From contig NC_003902.1 of NCBI RefSeq assembly GCF_000007145.1, positions 907,436 through 939,435 on the forward strand: DNA of 32,000 bases, given 5' to 3'. Below the pieces are notes generated by a model that was not told the DNA's origin, made no database searches, and was given only the letters and a program-made list of their open reading frames with translations. Each line of letters begins with the position of its first letter. Position 1 is the stretch's first letter. The translations under genes and the position numbers were made by a program. Shown in pieces: positions 18,609-27,314 of the stretch. Source of the DNA: Xanthomonas campestris pv. campestris str. ATCC 33913 (lineage in GTDB: Bacteria; Pseudomonadota; Gammaproteobacteria; Xanthomonadales; Xanthomonadaceae).

Positions 18609-20840
18609 ATGATCCGCCTGCATCCGCTGGTGGTTGCGCTGTCACTGGCGCTGCCCGTTGTTCCCCTGTGCGCCATTGCTGCCGAAGCCGATGCCGGCGC
18701 TGCCGCGGCGCGCGACGTGCATGACTTCGACCGTCTGCAGGTCACCGCCACGCGCACCCAGCGCGCCTTGGTGGAGGTGCCGGGCACCGTGGATGTGATC
18801 GACCGCGAGCAGCTGGACAACCAGTTGGTGCGCGAGCTCAAGGATCTGTTCCGTTACACGCCCGGCGTGTCGGTCACCAGCACCAGCGGGCGCTTCACCG
18901 GTGCCAGCGGCGTGCGCATCCGCGGTCTGGATGGCAACCGCGTGGCGATCCTGGTCGACAACGTGCCGGTGTCGGACACCTTCAATTTCGGCAGTTATCT
19001 CAACGCCAACCGCAATTTCGTGGACCTGGAAACGCTCAAGCGGGTCGAGGTGGTGCGTGGCCCGGCCAGTTCGCTGTATGGCTCCGATGCACTGGGCGGT
19101 GTGGTGGCCTTCGTGACCAAGGATCCGTCGGATTACCTCAGCGCCGACAAGCACAGCTATGTGGGATTGAAGTTCGGCTACGAAGGCGACTGGAACGGCC
19201 TGTTCGCCGGCGCCACCGGCGCATTCGGTGGCGAGCGCTGGAGCGGCATGGTCGCGGTGAGCCATCGCCAGGGTCAGGAAGCGCAGAACCAGGGCGACAA
19301 CCGCAGCCGTAACTACACCCGCACCGCACCCAATCCGCAGCAGGTCGATGGCCGCAGCGTGCTGGGCAAGCTGGTGTACGCGCCCAACGCGCAGCAGCGC
19401 TTCAAGCTCACCGTGGAGGGCAATGAAGACGACGGCCGCATCGAGGCGTTGAGCGGTATCGATGCGCGCAGCCCCAGCGCATCGCAACGCATCCTGTCGC
19501 AGGACGGCCGCGACCATCAGACCCGCGCGCGGGTGTCGCTGCGCCACGAACTGGATGCGCTTGATACCGCGCTCGCCGACGACCTGTTCTGGCAGCTCTA
19601 CCGCCAGGACAGCGCAAGCCTGCAGCGCACCGACGAGTTGCGCGGCAACAACACGCGCCGGCACAACGAGCATCACTTCGACCAACGCGTCTACGGCCTG
19701 TTGGTCAATGCGCACAAGGCGATCGACACCGGCACGCTGCGGCACGACATTACCTACGGGCTGGAAGGCTCCTGGACCGACACCCGCGAGAAGCGCGATG
19801 GGTATTCGCTCAACCTGGCCAACGGCGCGGTGAGCAAGCTGGTGGGGCAGGACGTGTTCCCGGTGCGCGATTTCCCGATGAGCGAGACCACCAAGCTGGG
19901 CGCGTACGCGCAGGACGAAATGCGGCTGCTGGACGGACGGTTGTCGCTGATTCCCGGCGTGCGCGTGGATTATTTCCGGCTGTCGCCGCGCGTGGATGAC
20001 ATCTTCCGCCAGGACAATCCGGGCGTGGCCGCCGAAACCATCGACGAGCAGCAGGTGTCACCCAAGTTCGGCGCGGTGTGGCGGTTCTCGGATGCGTGGT
20101 CGGCGTATGCCAACTATGCGCACGGGTTTCGCGCGCCGCCGTACAACGACGTCAATATCGGCTTCACCAATCTGCAGGCGCGCTACACCGCCATCGCCAA
20201 TCCGGACCTGAAATCGGAAACCAGCCGCGGTGGCGAGCTGGGCCTGCGCTTCAATGACACCGTCGGCTACCTCGGCGTCAATGTGTATTACACCGATTAC
20301 CGCAACTTCATCGAATCGTATGCACCGGCCGGCGTCAACGCCGAAGGCTTGCTGCTGTTCCAGTCGCGCAACGTGGACGATGTGGTGATCAAGGGTGCCG
20401 AGGCGCGTGCCGGTGTCGACCTGGGCGCGCTGGCCGGCTGGCAGGGCTGGTCGGTCAATAGCGCGGTGGCGTATTCGCAAGGCGACAACCTCACCGACGA
20501 CACGCCGCTCAATTCGGTTGACCCATTGCGCGGCACGCTGGGCGTGGCGTTCGACAGCGAGCGCTGGGGTGCGGAAGTGATCGGCACGTTCGTGGCGCGC
20601 AAGCGCCGCCCGCAACTGGCCAGCTATTACACGCCTGCCGGTTACGCCACGCTGGACCTGATGGGCCACTGGGAATTCGCACCGGGTGCCAAGGTCACCG
20701 GCGGCATCTTCAATCTTGCCGATCGCCGCTATGTCGACTGGAACGCGCTGCCCAACGGCACGCTGGACAGCAGCACGGTGCTCGATCGCTTCACCGGCGC
20801 CGGGCGTACCGCCTCGGTCAGCCTCGCTGTGAGCTGGTAG
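18609..20840 (+). CDS. TonB-dependent heme/hemoglobin receptor family protein
   Basis: 743 aa. Signal peptide ...LCAIAAEA. TonB box/plug (FDRLQVTATRTQ, VDVIDRE, RGPASSLYGSDALGGVV). FRAP...NPDL boxes (YAHGFRAPPYND...IANPDLKSE) are characteristic of heme receptors. The C-terminus is ...SLAVSW. Confidence 0.88.
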   Translation: MIRLHPLVVALSLALPVVPLCAIAAEADAGAAAARDVHDFDRLQVTATRTQRALVEVPGTVDVIDREQLDNQLVRELKDLFRYTPGVSVTSTSGRFTGASGVRIRGLDGNRVAILVDNVPVSDTFNFGSYLNANRNFVDLETLKRVEVVRGPASSLYGSDALGGVVAFVTKDPSDYLSADKHSYVGLKFGYEGDWNGLFAGATGAFGGERWSGMVAVSHRQGQEAQNQGDNRSRNYTRTAPNPQQVDGRSVLGKLVYAPNAQQRFKLTVEGNEDDGRIEALSGIDARSPSASQRILSQDGRDHQTRARVSLRHELDALDTALADDLFWQLYRQDSASLQRTDELRGNNTRRHNEHHFDQRVYGLLVNAHKAIDTGTLRHDITYGLEGSWTDTREKRDGYSLNLANGAVSKLVGQDVFPVRDFPMSETTKLGAYAQDEMRLLDGRLSLIPGVRVDYFRLSPRVDDIFRQDNPGVAAETIDEQQVSPKFGAVWRFSDAWSAYANYAHGFRAPPYNDVNIGFTNLQARYTAIANPDLKSETSRGGELGLRFNDTVGYLGVNVYYTDYRNFIESYAPAGVNAEGLLLFQSRNVDDVVIKGAEARAGVDLGALAGWQGWSVNSAVAYSQGDNLTDDTPLNSVDPLRGTLGVAFDSERWGAEVIGTFVARKRRPQLASYYTPAGYATLDLMGHWEFAPGAKVTGGIFNLADRRYVDWNALPNGTLDSSTVLDRFTGAGRTASVSLAVSW

Positions 20841-20845
20841 CGGCC

Positions 20846-21487
20846 ATGCCGATCGCCCACCCAATGCCGCTCGCGCATGCGCGCACTGCCCATCGCGCCT
20901 TGCCGCAACCACGGCAGCTGATGGCCCTGGGCACAGTGCTGTGCGTCTATCGCCCTTCGCTCGGCGATGAACGCGATGGCTGGCAGCATGCGGTGTCGGC
21001 GGCAGCGTTCCGCCAGGTCAACAGCGATGGCCTGCGCGAAAGCATCTGGTTCTTCGATGCTGGCGGCAGCAGCTGCTGGCGCCTGTGCCTGCTGCCCGAC
21101 AGCGATTTTCTGGCCTGGGATCGCCTGGTCTCGCGGTTGCCGGCGTTGCCGATCGACGGCCAGGAACTAGGCGTGGGCGAGCGCCTGTGGCGGCGCATGG
21201 CCGGGCGGATGCGTGGCGACAGCTGGCGGCTGAGCGCGCTGCGGCTGCATGCCGGTAGTAGCCGTGATCGCCCGCTGGGCGCCACGTTGGCCAGTGTCTC
21301 TGCGCTCGGCGCGGAAGTGGCCGCACGCCTGGCGCGCGAAGAAGGCATCGACGGCCGCGTGGCGGTGGATGATTGCTGCTGCGCACGCGCCGCCGCCCTG
21401 CGCCATGCTGCTGCCAGCGCCACTGCGCCGGGCACCGGCAGTGATCCGCAGGCCATGACGGCCTCCTTGTTGCGGCTGCGCCGCTGA
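20846..21487 (+). CDS. Hypothetical protein, heme-locus associated, no signal peptide
   Basis: 213-aa ORF starting 5 nt after the TBDR stop. It has strong GC3 and window-typical codon usage. I recognise no motif. It contains DDCCCARAA (three consecutive Cys). Met26 (20921) is an alternative start. Confidence 0.7.
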   Translation: MPIAHPMPLAHARTAHRALPQPRQLMALGTVLCVYRPSLGDERDGWQHAVSAAAFRQVNSDGLRESIWFFDAGGSSCWRLCLLPDSDFLAWDRLVSRLPALPIDGQELGVGERLWRRMAGRMRGDSWRLSALRLHAGSSRDRPLGATLASVSALGAEVAARLAREEGIDGRVAVDDCCCARAAALRHAAASATAPGTGSDPQAMTASLLRLRR

Positions 21488-21503
21488 CGTTCACCCTTTA
21501 CAG

Positions 21504-22439
21504 ATGAGCCTTCCGATGATCCGAGCGTTTCCCCGTTATCTTGCCGCGGCCTTGGCGCTGTTGCCGCTGGTGGCTGCCGCCGATGCCCAGCGTGACCGTG
21601 CCAGCATCCTGGCGATGCAGGGCGAGTACGCCGTGGACTTTGCCTTCGACGAAACCGTGCTGCTCAAGCCGGGCTACGAACGCGCCTCGGCGATGCGCAG
21701 TGGCGCCAACGAAGTGGTCATCGTGGTGGAAGATTCGCCGCGCAAGGTGGTGCTGCAGCATCTGCTGGTGGACGAGAAAACCAAGCATGTGACCAAGCAC
21801 TGGCGGCAGGACTGGACCTATGAAGCACCACAACGTTTCGAGTTCAGCGCCGAACAGACCTGGCAGGTGCGCGCGCTGCCTGCGGCCGTGACACAGGGAG
21901 CGTGGACGCAATGCGTGTTCGAAGTCAGCGATGCCCCGCGCTACTGCGGCACTGGCCGTTGGGACTATGCCGAGGGACATCCCACCTGGACCAGCGACCT
22001 GAGCTGGCGCCCGTTGCCGCGTCGCGAGTACACCAAACGCAGCGACTACAACGCATTGTCGGTCATCAACCGGCACACGCTCACGCCCAACGGCTGGACC
22101 CACGAACAGTTCAACACCAAGGTGCTGCGCAAGCCAGACGGCAGCCAGGACGCCATCGCCCGCGAGTTCGGTTTCAACGAGTACCGCAAGACCACCGAGG
22201 TGGACTTCGCACCGGCCTATGCATACTGGAAGGGCACGCAGGGCTACTGGGCAAAGGTGCGTGCGCGTTGGGCGAAGTTCCTCGACACACCGCCGGGCCT
22301 GCATCTGAAAACCAAGCCGGACGGCATGGCGATGATCATGCCGATGTTCGAACAGGCCGAGACGGTGCAGGGCGGCAAACGCGTCACCGATGCGCAGATC
22401 GATGCGGTCTTCATGCAGTGGGTGGAACCGGCGAACTAA
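21504..22439 (+). CDS. Hypothetical secreted protein, heme-locus associated
   Basis: 311-aa ORF starting 16 nt after the previous stop. It has a Sec signal (RYLAAALALLPLVAAADA/Q), is Trp/Tyr/His-rich, and has no TM segments after the signal. The start could be ATG 21516. Confidence 0.75.
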   Translation: MSLPMIRAFPRYLAAALALLPLVAAADAQRDRASILAMQGEYAVDFAFDETVLLKPGYERASAMRSGANEVVIVVEDSPRKVVLQHLLVDEKTKHVTKHWRQDWTYEAPQRFEFSAEQTWQVRALPAAVTQGAWTQCVFEVSDAPRYCGTGRWDYAEGHPTWTSDLSWRPLPRREYTKRSDYNALSVINRHTLTPNGWTHEQFNTKVLRKPDGSQDAIAREFGFNEYRKTTEVDFAPAYAYWKGTQGYWAKVRARWAKFLDTPPGLHLKTKPDGMAMIMPMFEQAETVQGGKRVTDAQIDAVFMQWVEPAN

Positions 22440-22471
22440 GCGTGCATCAGCCAACCAGGCATGCAGCTGTC

Positions 22472-22537
22472 GTAGGAGCGCGCTTGCGCGCGAGGGGCAC
22501 TCCCGAGAACGGCCCTCGCGCGCAAGCGCGCTCCTAC
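22472..22537. repeat. REP palindrome (GTAG...CTAC type), copy A
   Basis: 23-bp perfect arms gtaggagcgcgcttgcgcgcgag / ctcgcgcgcaagcgcgctcctac around a 20-nt loop. Confidence 0.9.
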
Positions 22538-22689
22538 GTGCAAGACGGGTTTATTCCTTGAACATCAAGAACGCTGCGACCAGGATCAGCCCGAACGCGG
22601 CCCAGTGGTTTCACTGCATCGATGTGGTTCTCACACGGTGGGGTGGAACCGGCGAACTAGGCACACCGCGAATCAAACATGCCGGTGTC

Positions 22690-22755
22690 GTAGGAGCGCG
22701 CTTGCGCGCGAAGGGCATTGCCGATAACGGCTCTCGCGCGCAAGCGCGCTCCTAC
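22690..22755. repeat. REP palindrome, copy B
   Basis: It has the same arms (gtaggagcgcgcttgcgcgcga ... tcgcgcgcaagcgcgctcctac) with a diverged loop. Confidence 0.9.
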
Positions 22756-22911
22756 GTGCAAGGCAGGTGTATTCCTTGAACGTCAAGAACGCCGCGACCA
22801 GGATCAGCCCGAACGCGGCCCTGTAATTTCACTGCATCGATGTGGTTCTCACACAGTGGGGTGGAACCAGCGAACTAGGCGTGTATCAGCCAGCCAGGCA
22901 TGCAGCTGTCG

Positions 22912-22977
22912 TAGGTTGTGGGTTACACATGACGGGCATTCCCGAGAATGGCCCTCGCGCGCAAGCGCGCTCCTACG
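22912..22977. repeat. REP palindrome, copy C, with the left arm destroyed
   Basis: The right arm ctcgcgcgcaagcgcgctcctac is intact. The left arm is replaced by gtaggttgtgggttacacatgac. Confidence 0.8.
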
Positions 22978-22989
22978 TGCAAGACGGGT

Positions 22990-23343
22990 TTATTCCTTGA
23001 ACATCAAGAACGCTGCGACCAGGATCAGCCCGAACGCGGCCCAGTGGTTCCACTTCAACGACTGGCCCAGGTAGAACGTCGAGAACCCGGCGAACACCAG
23101 CAGGGTGATCACTTCCTGCATGCCCTTGAGCTGCGGAGCGGAATACACTGCGCTGCCCAGGCGGTTACCCGGCACCTGCAGGCAGTATTCGAAGAAGGCG
23201 ATGCCCCAGCTGACCAGGATCGCGATCATCAGCGGCGTGCTCTTGTACTTCAGATGCCCGTACCACGCGAAGGTCATGAAGACGTTGCTGGCGAGCAGCA
23301 GCAGGATCGGATACAGGTAGGCGGTGAAGGGCGCGGTAGGCAT
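22990..23343 (-). CDS. Small DMT-superfamily membrane protein (DUF486 family)
   Basis: ATG 23343 gives a 117-aa product, MPTAPFTAYLYPILLLLASNVFMTFAWYGHLKY...GLILVAAFLMFKE, with four predicted TM segments. FMTFAWYGHLK is typical of DUF486. The track's longer start at 23400 is a GTG. Confidence 0.75.
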   Translation of the reverse strand: MPTAPFTAYLYPILLLLASNVFMTFAWYGHLKYKSTPLMIAILVSWGIAFFEYCLQVPGNRLGSAVYSAPQLKGMQEVITLLVFAGFSTFYLGQSLKWNHWAAFGLILVAAFLMFKE

Positions 23344-23431
23344 GACGGCAGGCGGCGGCAGGACGGGGCCGGCAGCATAAGCCAGCCTCGTTAAGCGCAC
23401 GCGACCATGCCGGCCTAGGCCATAGCAGGGT

Positions 23432-24313
23432 TCAGCGTTGCATGCCCCAGCGGCGTACGGTCAGTCGTTCGATCGCCTGGAACACCACGCCTTCCACCAG
23501 CAGCCCCAACGCGATCACCATGGCCAGGCCGGCGAATACGCGGTCGGTGTACAGCTCGTTGCGGTTCTGGAAGATGTACCAGCCCAGCCCGCCTTGCCCG
23601 GACGTGGCGCCGAATACCAGCTCGGCGGCGATCAAGGTGCGCCAGGCAAATGCCCAGCCGATCTTCAGCCCGGACAGGATCGCCGGCAGGGCCGCGGGAA
23701 TCAGCAACTGCACCACGTAGCGCGGGCCGCGCAGGCCGTAGTTGCGGCCAGCCATGCGCAGGGTGTCCGGCACCGCCTGGAACCGGGCGTAGGTGGTCAG
23801 CGCCAGCGGCCACAGCACCGAGTGCACCAGCACGAACACCAGGCTGCCGGTGCCCAGGCCAAACCACAGCAGCGCCAGCGGCAGCAGCGCGATCGCCGGC
23901 AGCGGATTGAACATGGCCGTCAGCGTGCCGAGCAGATCGCGGCCCCAGCGCGTGGAGGCGGCCAACGCGGTCAGCACGAAGGCCAGCACCACGCCCACCA
24001 CGTAGCCTTGTGCCAGCACCCGCAACGAGGTGCCGACCCGGCGCAGCAATTCGCCCGACAGCAGGCCGGTGTAGAACGCCTGCGCGGTCTGCCACGGGCT
24101 TGGCAGCATCAGATCGTCGGCCACCACGCGCGCGGCCACGTACCAGGCGGCCACCAGCACCGCCAGCACCAGCGCCTTGCGCAACCAGCCAGGCGCCTGC
24201 CAACGCGCCTGTGCATGCACCTGCAGCAGCGCCGGATCCAGCGGCTGCAGCGCGACCTCGTATTCCGGCCGCACCGGCGGGGTTGCCGGCAACGCCGTGC
24301 CGCGCGTGCTCAT
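23432..24313 (-). CDS. ABC transporter permease (nitrate/sulfonate/taurine TauC/SsuC type)
   Basis: The ATG at 24313 overlaps the stop of the upstream ATPase gene (ATGA). The EAA-like loop MAGRNYGLRGPRYVVQLLIPAALP and six hydrophobic segments are present. The product is 293 aa. Confidence 0.9.
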   Translation of the reverse strand: MSTRGTALPATPPVRPEYEVALQPLDPALLQVHAQARWQAPGWLRKALVLAVLVAAWYVAARVVADDLMLPSPWQTAQAFYTGLLSGELLRRVGTSLRVLAQGYVVGVVLAFVLTALAASTRWGRDLLGTLTAMFNPLPAIALLPLALLWFGLGTGSLVFVLVHSVLWPLALTTYARFQAVPDTLRMAGRNYGLRGPRYVVQLLIPAALPAILSGLKIGWAFAWRTLIAAELVFGATSGQGGLGWYIFQNRNELYTDRVFAGLAMVIALGLLVEGVVFQAIERLTVRRWGMQR

Positions 24314-25149
24314 GGCAAGGCCTCGCGTTGACGCACGGCCGGCCTGCGCAGCGGCGCCACTTTGGCATCGTCCAGGGCGGCATCGGGTAGGTCGAACAAC
24401 AGGCGGTGAATGCGCTGCGCGGTCTGCTGGAACGCCACGCTGCCGGCGCTCTGCGGGCCGAACGCATGCGCGTTGAGTTCGGCTCGCACCTGGCCGGGAT
24501 GCGGCGACAACAGCAGCACGCGGTTGCCCACCACCAATGCTTCCTCGATGGAATGGGTGACGAACAGCAGCGTGAAGCGCAGTTGTTCCCACAACTCCAG
24601 CACCTGCTCCTGCATGCGTGCACGGGTGAGCGCATCCAGTGCGGCGAACGGTTCGTCCATCAGCAGCACGCGCGGGCGCATCGCCAGCGCACGTGCAATG
24701 GCCACGCGTTGCTTCATGCCGCCGGACAAGGTGTGCGGGTAGGCATCGGCAAAACCGGTCAATCCCACCTGCGCCAGGCTCTCGTCGGCGCGCTCCCGTG
24801 CTTCGGCACGCGATAGGGTGCGGGTGGCGCGCAGGCCGAACACCACGTTCTCGCGCACGGTCTTCCAGGGAGCCAGTTGGTCGAACTCCTGGAACACCAC
24901 CACCCGGTCCGGCCCCGGTCCGGTGACGGCTGCGCCATCCAGCCGGATCTGGCCCTCGCGTGGCGTCACGAAACCGGCCACCGCCTTGAGCAAGGTGGAC
25001 TTGCCGCAGCCCGACGGACCAAGCAGCACGAAGCGATCCGCCGCGTGCACGTCGAAACGCACCCGATGCGTGGCACGGACCACGCGCTGCGCGGAGGCGT
25101 ATTCCAGGCTGACGTTATCGACCTGCAGCAGTGGCGCGGCGGTGGTCAT
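24310..25149 (-). CDS. ABC transporter ATP-binding protein (TauB/SsuB type)
   Basis: Walker A GPSGCGKST, signature LSGGMKQRVAIARAL, and Walker B LLMDEPFAALD. ATG 25149 is preceded by GGGAG. A GTG at 25152 directly abuts the SBP stop. Confidence 0.93.
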   Translation of the reverse strand: MTTAAPLLQVDNVSLEYASAQRVVRATHRVRFDVHAADRFVLLGPSGCGKSTLLKAVAGFVTPREGQIRLDGAAVTGPGPDRVVVFQEFDQLAPWKTVRENVVFGLRATRTLSRAEARERADESLAQVGLTGFADAYPHTLSGGMKQRVAIARALAMRPRVLLMDEPFAALDALTRARMQEQVLELWEQLRFTLLFVTHSIEEALVVGNRVLLLSPHPGQVRAELNAHAFGPQSAGSVAFQQTAQRIHRLLFDLPDAALDDAKVAPLRRPAVRQREALP

Positions 25150-25152
25150 CAC

Positions 25153-26196
25153 TCAGCTCCCGCCCGCGATCAACGGGTCGTCGAAGAAGTAGTCGCCCAC
25201 CTTCGCGGGCGCCTGCTTGATCGCACCGCTGCGCTGCATGAAGGTGCCCAGTTTCAGCGTGTTTTGCGGCACCACGGTGAACTGCACCTTGGGGTCCTTG
25301 AGGATCTGCAGCACCAGCGCGCGGTCGATGCCCGAGCCGTTGCGTCGCAGGAAAATATCGGTGGCCTGTTCCGGGTGCGCGGTAACGAACTTCGCCGCCT
25401 GATCCAGCGCAGCGACAAAAGCGCGATAGGTCTTGGGGTTGTCGCGGCGGAACTTTTCGGTGGCGTACAACACCGTGGCCGACGATGGGCCGCCTTCGAT
25501 GTCGTAGGAACTGGTCACGATATGCGCGGCCGGATTGCGCGCCAGTTCCTGTTCCTGAAACGGCGGGCTGGCGAAGTGCGCGGTGATCTCGGTCCGTCCA
25601 CGGATGATGGCCGCCGCCGCATCCGGATGCGGCAACGCCACCTGCAGCGGATCGAGCTGATGGGTGCCCTTGTCGCCCCAGCGCTGTTGCGAGGCATGCT
25701 GCAGGAAGCGCGACTGCACCGACACGCCGGTGGCCGGCACCGCGATGCGGTCCTGTGGCGTGAAGTCGCCGATACTCTTGATACGCGGATTGTTGCTGAT
25801 CAGGTAGTACGGAAAGTTGCCCAGCGACGCCACGCCGCGCACGTTCTGGCGGCCACGGGTGCGGTCCCAGATGGTGAACAACGGGCCGACGCCGGCACCG
25901 GCAATGTCGATCGACCCGGTGAGCAACGCATCATTCACGGCGGCACCGCCAGACAGCTGCAGGAACTGCACATCGATGTCCACGCCGGCGGCCTTGCCCT
26001 GCTGCTCGATGAGCTTCTGGTCTTGCGCCACGTCCAGCAGCAGATACACGATGCCGAATTGCTTGGCGATGCGCAGTTTTCCTTCGGCCTGCGCGTGCGC
26101 GCTGTGTAGCAGCGGCAACGCGGCCAGCAACAACCAGGCCATGCGGGGCGCCTTGCGGCGATGGGGGATGGCGTCACCAACAACGGTCAAGCGCAT
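25153..26196 (-). CDS. ABC transporter periplasmic substrate-binding protein (NMT1/SsuA/TauA-like)
   Basis: 347 aa. ATG 26196 has GGAG 8 nt upstream. The signal-like region is ...MAWLLLAALPLLHSAHA/QAEG. Operon context places it with the TauB/C-type genes. ATG 26142 is an alternative start. Confidence 0.82.
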   Translation of the reverse strand: MRLTVVGDAIPHRRKAPRMAWLLLAALPLLHSAHAQAEGKLRIAKQFGIVYLLLDVAQDQKLIEQQGKAAGVDIDVQFLQLSGGAAVNDALLTGSIDIAGAGVGPLFTIWDRTRGRQNVRGVASLGNFPYYLISNNPRIKSIGDFTPQDRIAVPATGVSVQSRFLQHASQQRWGDKGTHQLDPLQVALPHPDAAAAIIRGRTEITAHFASPPFQEQELARNPAAHIVTSSYDIEGGPSSATVLYATEKFRRDNPKTYRAFVAALDQAAKFVTAHPEQATDIFLRRNGSGIDRALVLQILKDPKVQFTVVPQNTLKLGTFMQRSGAIKQAPAKVGDYFFDDPLIAGGS

Positions 26197-26241
26197 GCGA
26201 CGCTCCAGTGGGGAAGGAGAGGGAAACGGCGTGCGTGCAGG

Positions 26242-27144
26242 TCAGAACGGCACGTCGCCTTCGATGGTGGTGCGATTGAGCCGGCGACGCAGATGGTCTG
26301 GCGTGCCGGCCGCCAGATGCATCACCGAGCGGTTGTCCCAGAACACCATGTCGTGCGGCTGCCAGCGGTGGCGATACACCAGCGCATCGCGCGTGCTGTG
26401 GTCAAACAGCGCCTGCAGCAATGCGTGGCTTTCGTCGTCCGGCAAGCCGACGATGCGGGTGGTGAAGTGTTCGCTGACGAACAGCGCCTTGCGGCCGGTT
26501 GCCGGGTGCGTGCGCACGATCGGATGCTGCACCGGTGTGACTTCGGCAATCTGCTCGGCCGTCAACGCTGGGCGCCACGGGTTGCGCGCACGCAGTTCCT
26601 CGTACTTGGCGAGATAACTGTGCTCGGCCTGCCGGCCTTCCACCGCGCGTTTGAGTGCGTCGGGCAGGGTCTGCCAGGCCAGATGCTGGTTGGCGAACAA
26701 GGTGTCGCCACCCTCGGCTGGAAGCTCCTGCGCGTGCAGCAGCGAGCCCAGGCTCGGCGTTTCCTTGTACGACAGATCCGAGTGCCAGTAATGGCCGGCA
26801 TCACCGAGCCCGATGGGCTGGCCGTTTTCCTTGATGTTGGAGACCACCAGCACTTCCGGATGCCCGCGCAGCTGGAAATTGCGCAGCACATGGATCTGCA
26901 ACGGGCCGAACCGCCGGCTGAATTCGACCTGCTGCGCCGGGGTGATGCGTTGATCGCGGAACACCAGCACGTGGTGGTCCAGGTGCGCGCGGTGAAGGCG
27001 CGCGAACGTGTCTGCATCCAGCGGCTGCGACAACGCCAGGCCGATGACTTCCGCACCCAGGGGCGCGTCGAAGGGCACGATCTGCACGCCGGACGCGTGG
27101 CCGTGCGGGTTGGGCGCGCGCGCTGCGGATGTGGCACTGGCCAT
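26242..27144 (-). CDS. tauD: TauD/TfdA-family Fe(II)/2-oxoglutarate-dependent dioxygenase (taurine dioxygenase-like)
   Basis: HxD iron motif in YWHSDLSY, distal His in WDNRSVMHLA, and an Arg near the C-terminus. ATG 27144 has GAGG 8 nt upstream; the track start at 27153 is a GTG. Confidence 0.85.
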   Translation of the reverse strand: MASATSAARAPNPHGHASGVQIVPFDAPLGAEVIGLALSQPLDADTFARLHRAHLDHHVLVFRDQRITPAQQVEFSRRFGPLQIHVLRNFQLRGHPEVLVVSNIKENGQPIGLGDAGHYWHSDLSYKETPSLGSLLHAQELPAEGGDTLFANQHLAWQTLPDALKRAVEGRQAEHSYLAKYEELRARNPWRPALTAEQIAEVTPVQHPIVRTHPATGRKALFVSEHFTTRIVGLPDDESHALLQALFDHSTRDALVYRHRWQPHDMVFWDNRSVMHLAAGTPDHLRRRLNRTTIEGDVPF

Positions 27145-27314
27145 GACGAACACCTCGGAGGCAATGAAGGGCCGCCGGCATGCCGGCGACCAGACACCTC
27201 ACTCTAGGCAGTCGTTGCCAGGCTGCGAACCAACCATTGGCAACTTCGTCATGCGCTGCGGATATATGCAGCGACGGCGGACGCGCACGCGTTGCGGCCG
27301 TGTCCGCCCGAGTG

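Larger units (their letters stand above)
22395..23052. repeat. Tandem triplication (units of about 221 and 218 bp) spanning the 3' ends of two convergent genes and the intergenic REP
   Basis: The anchor GCA(GA)TCGATG...GGGTGGAACC(G/A)GCGAACTA(A/G) recurs at 22395, 22616 and 22834. The anchor TTCCTTGAAC(A/G)TCAAGAACGC(T/C)GCGACCAGGATCAGCCCGAACGCGGCCC recurs at about 22554, 22775 and 22994. Only the first copy ends the 311-aa gene, and only the last continues into the DUF486 gene. Confidence 0.9.

Noticed and set aside
22395-23052. Regularly spaced palindromic repeats that could superficially be mistaken for a CRISPR array.
   Set aside because: The regions between the palindromes are themselves repeated (a whole-unit tandem duplication). 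The repeat length and period (about 218 bp) are wrong for CRISPR, and no cas genes are nearby.
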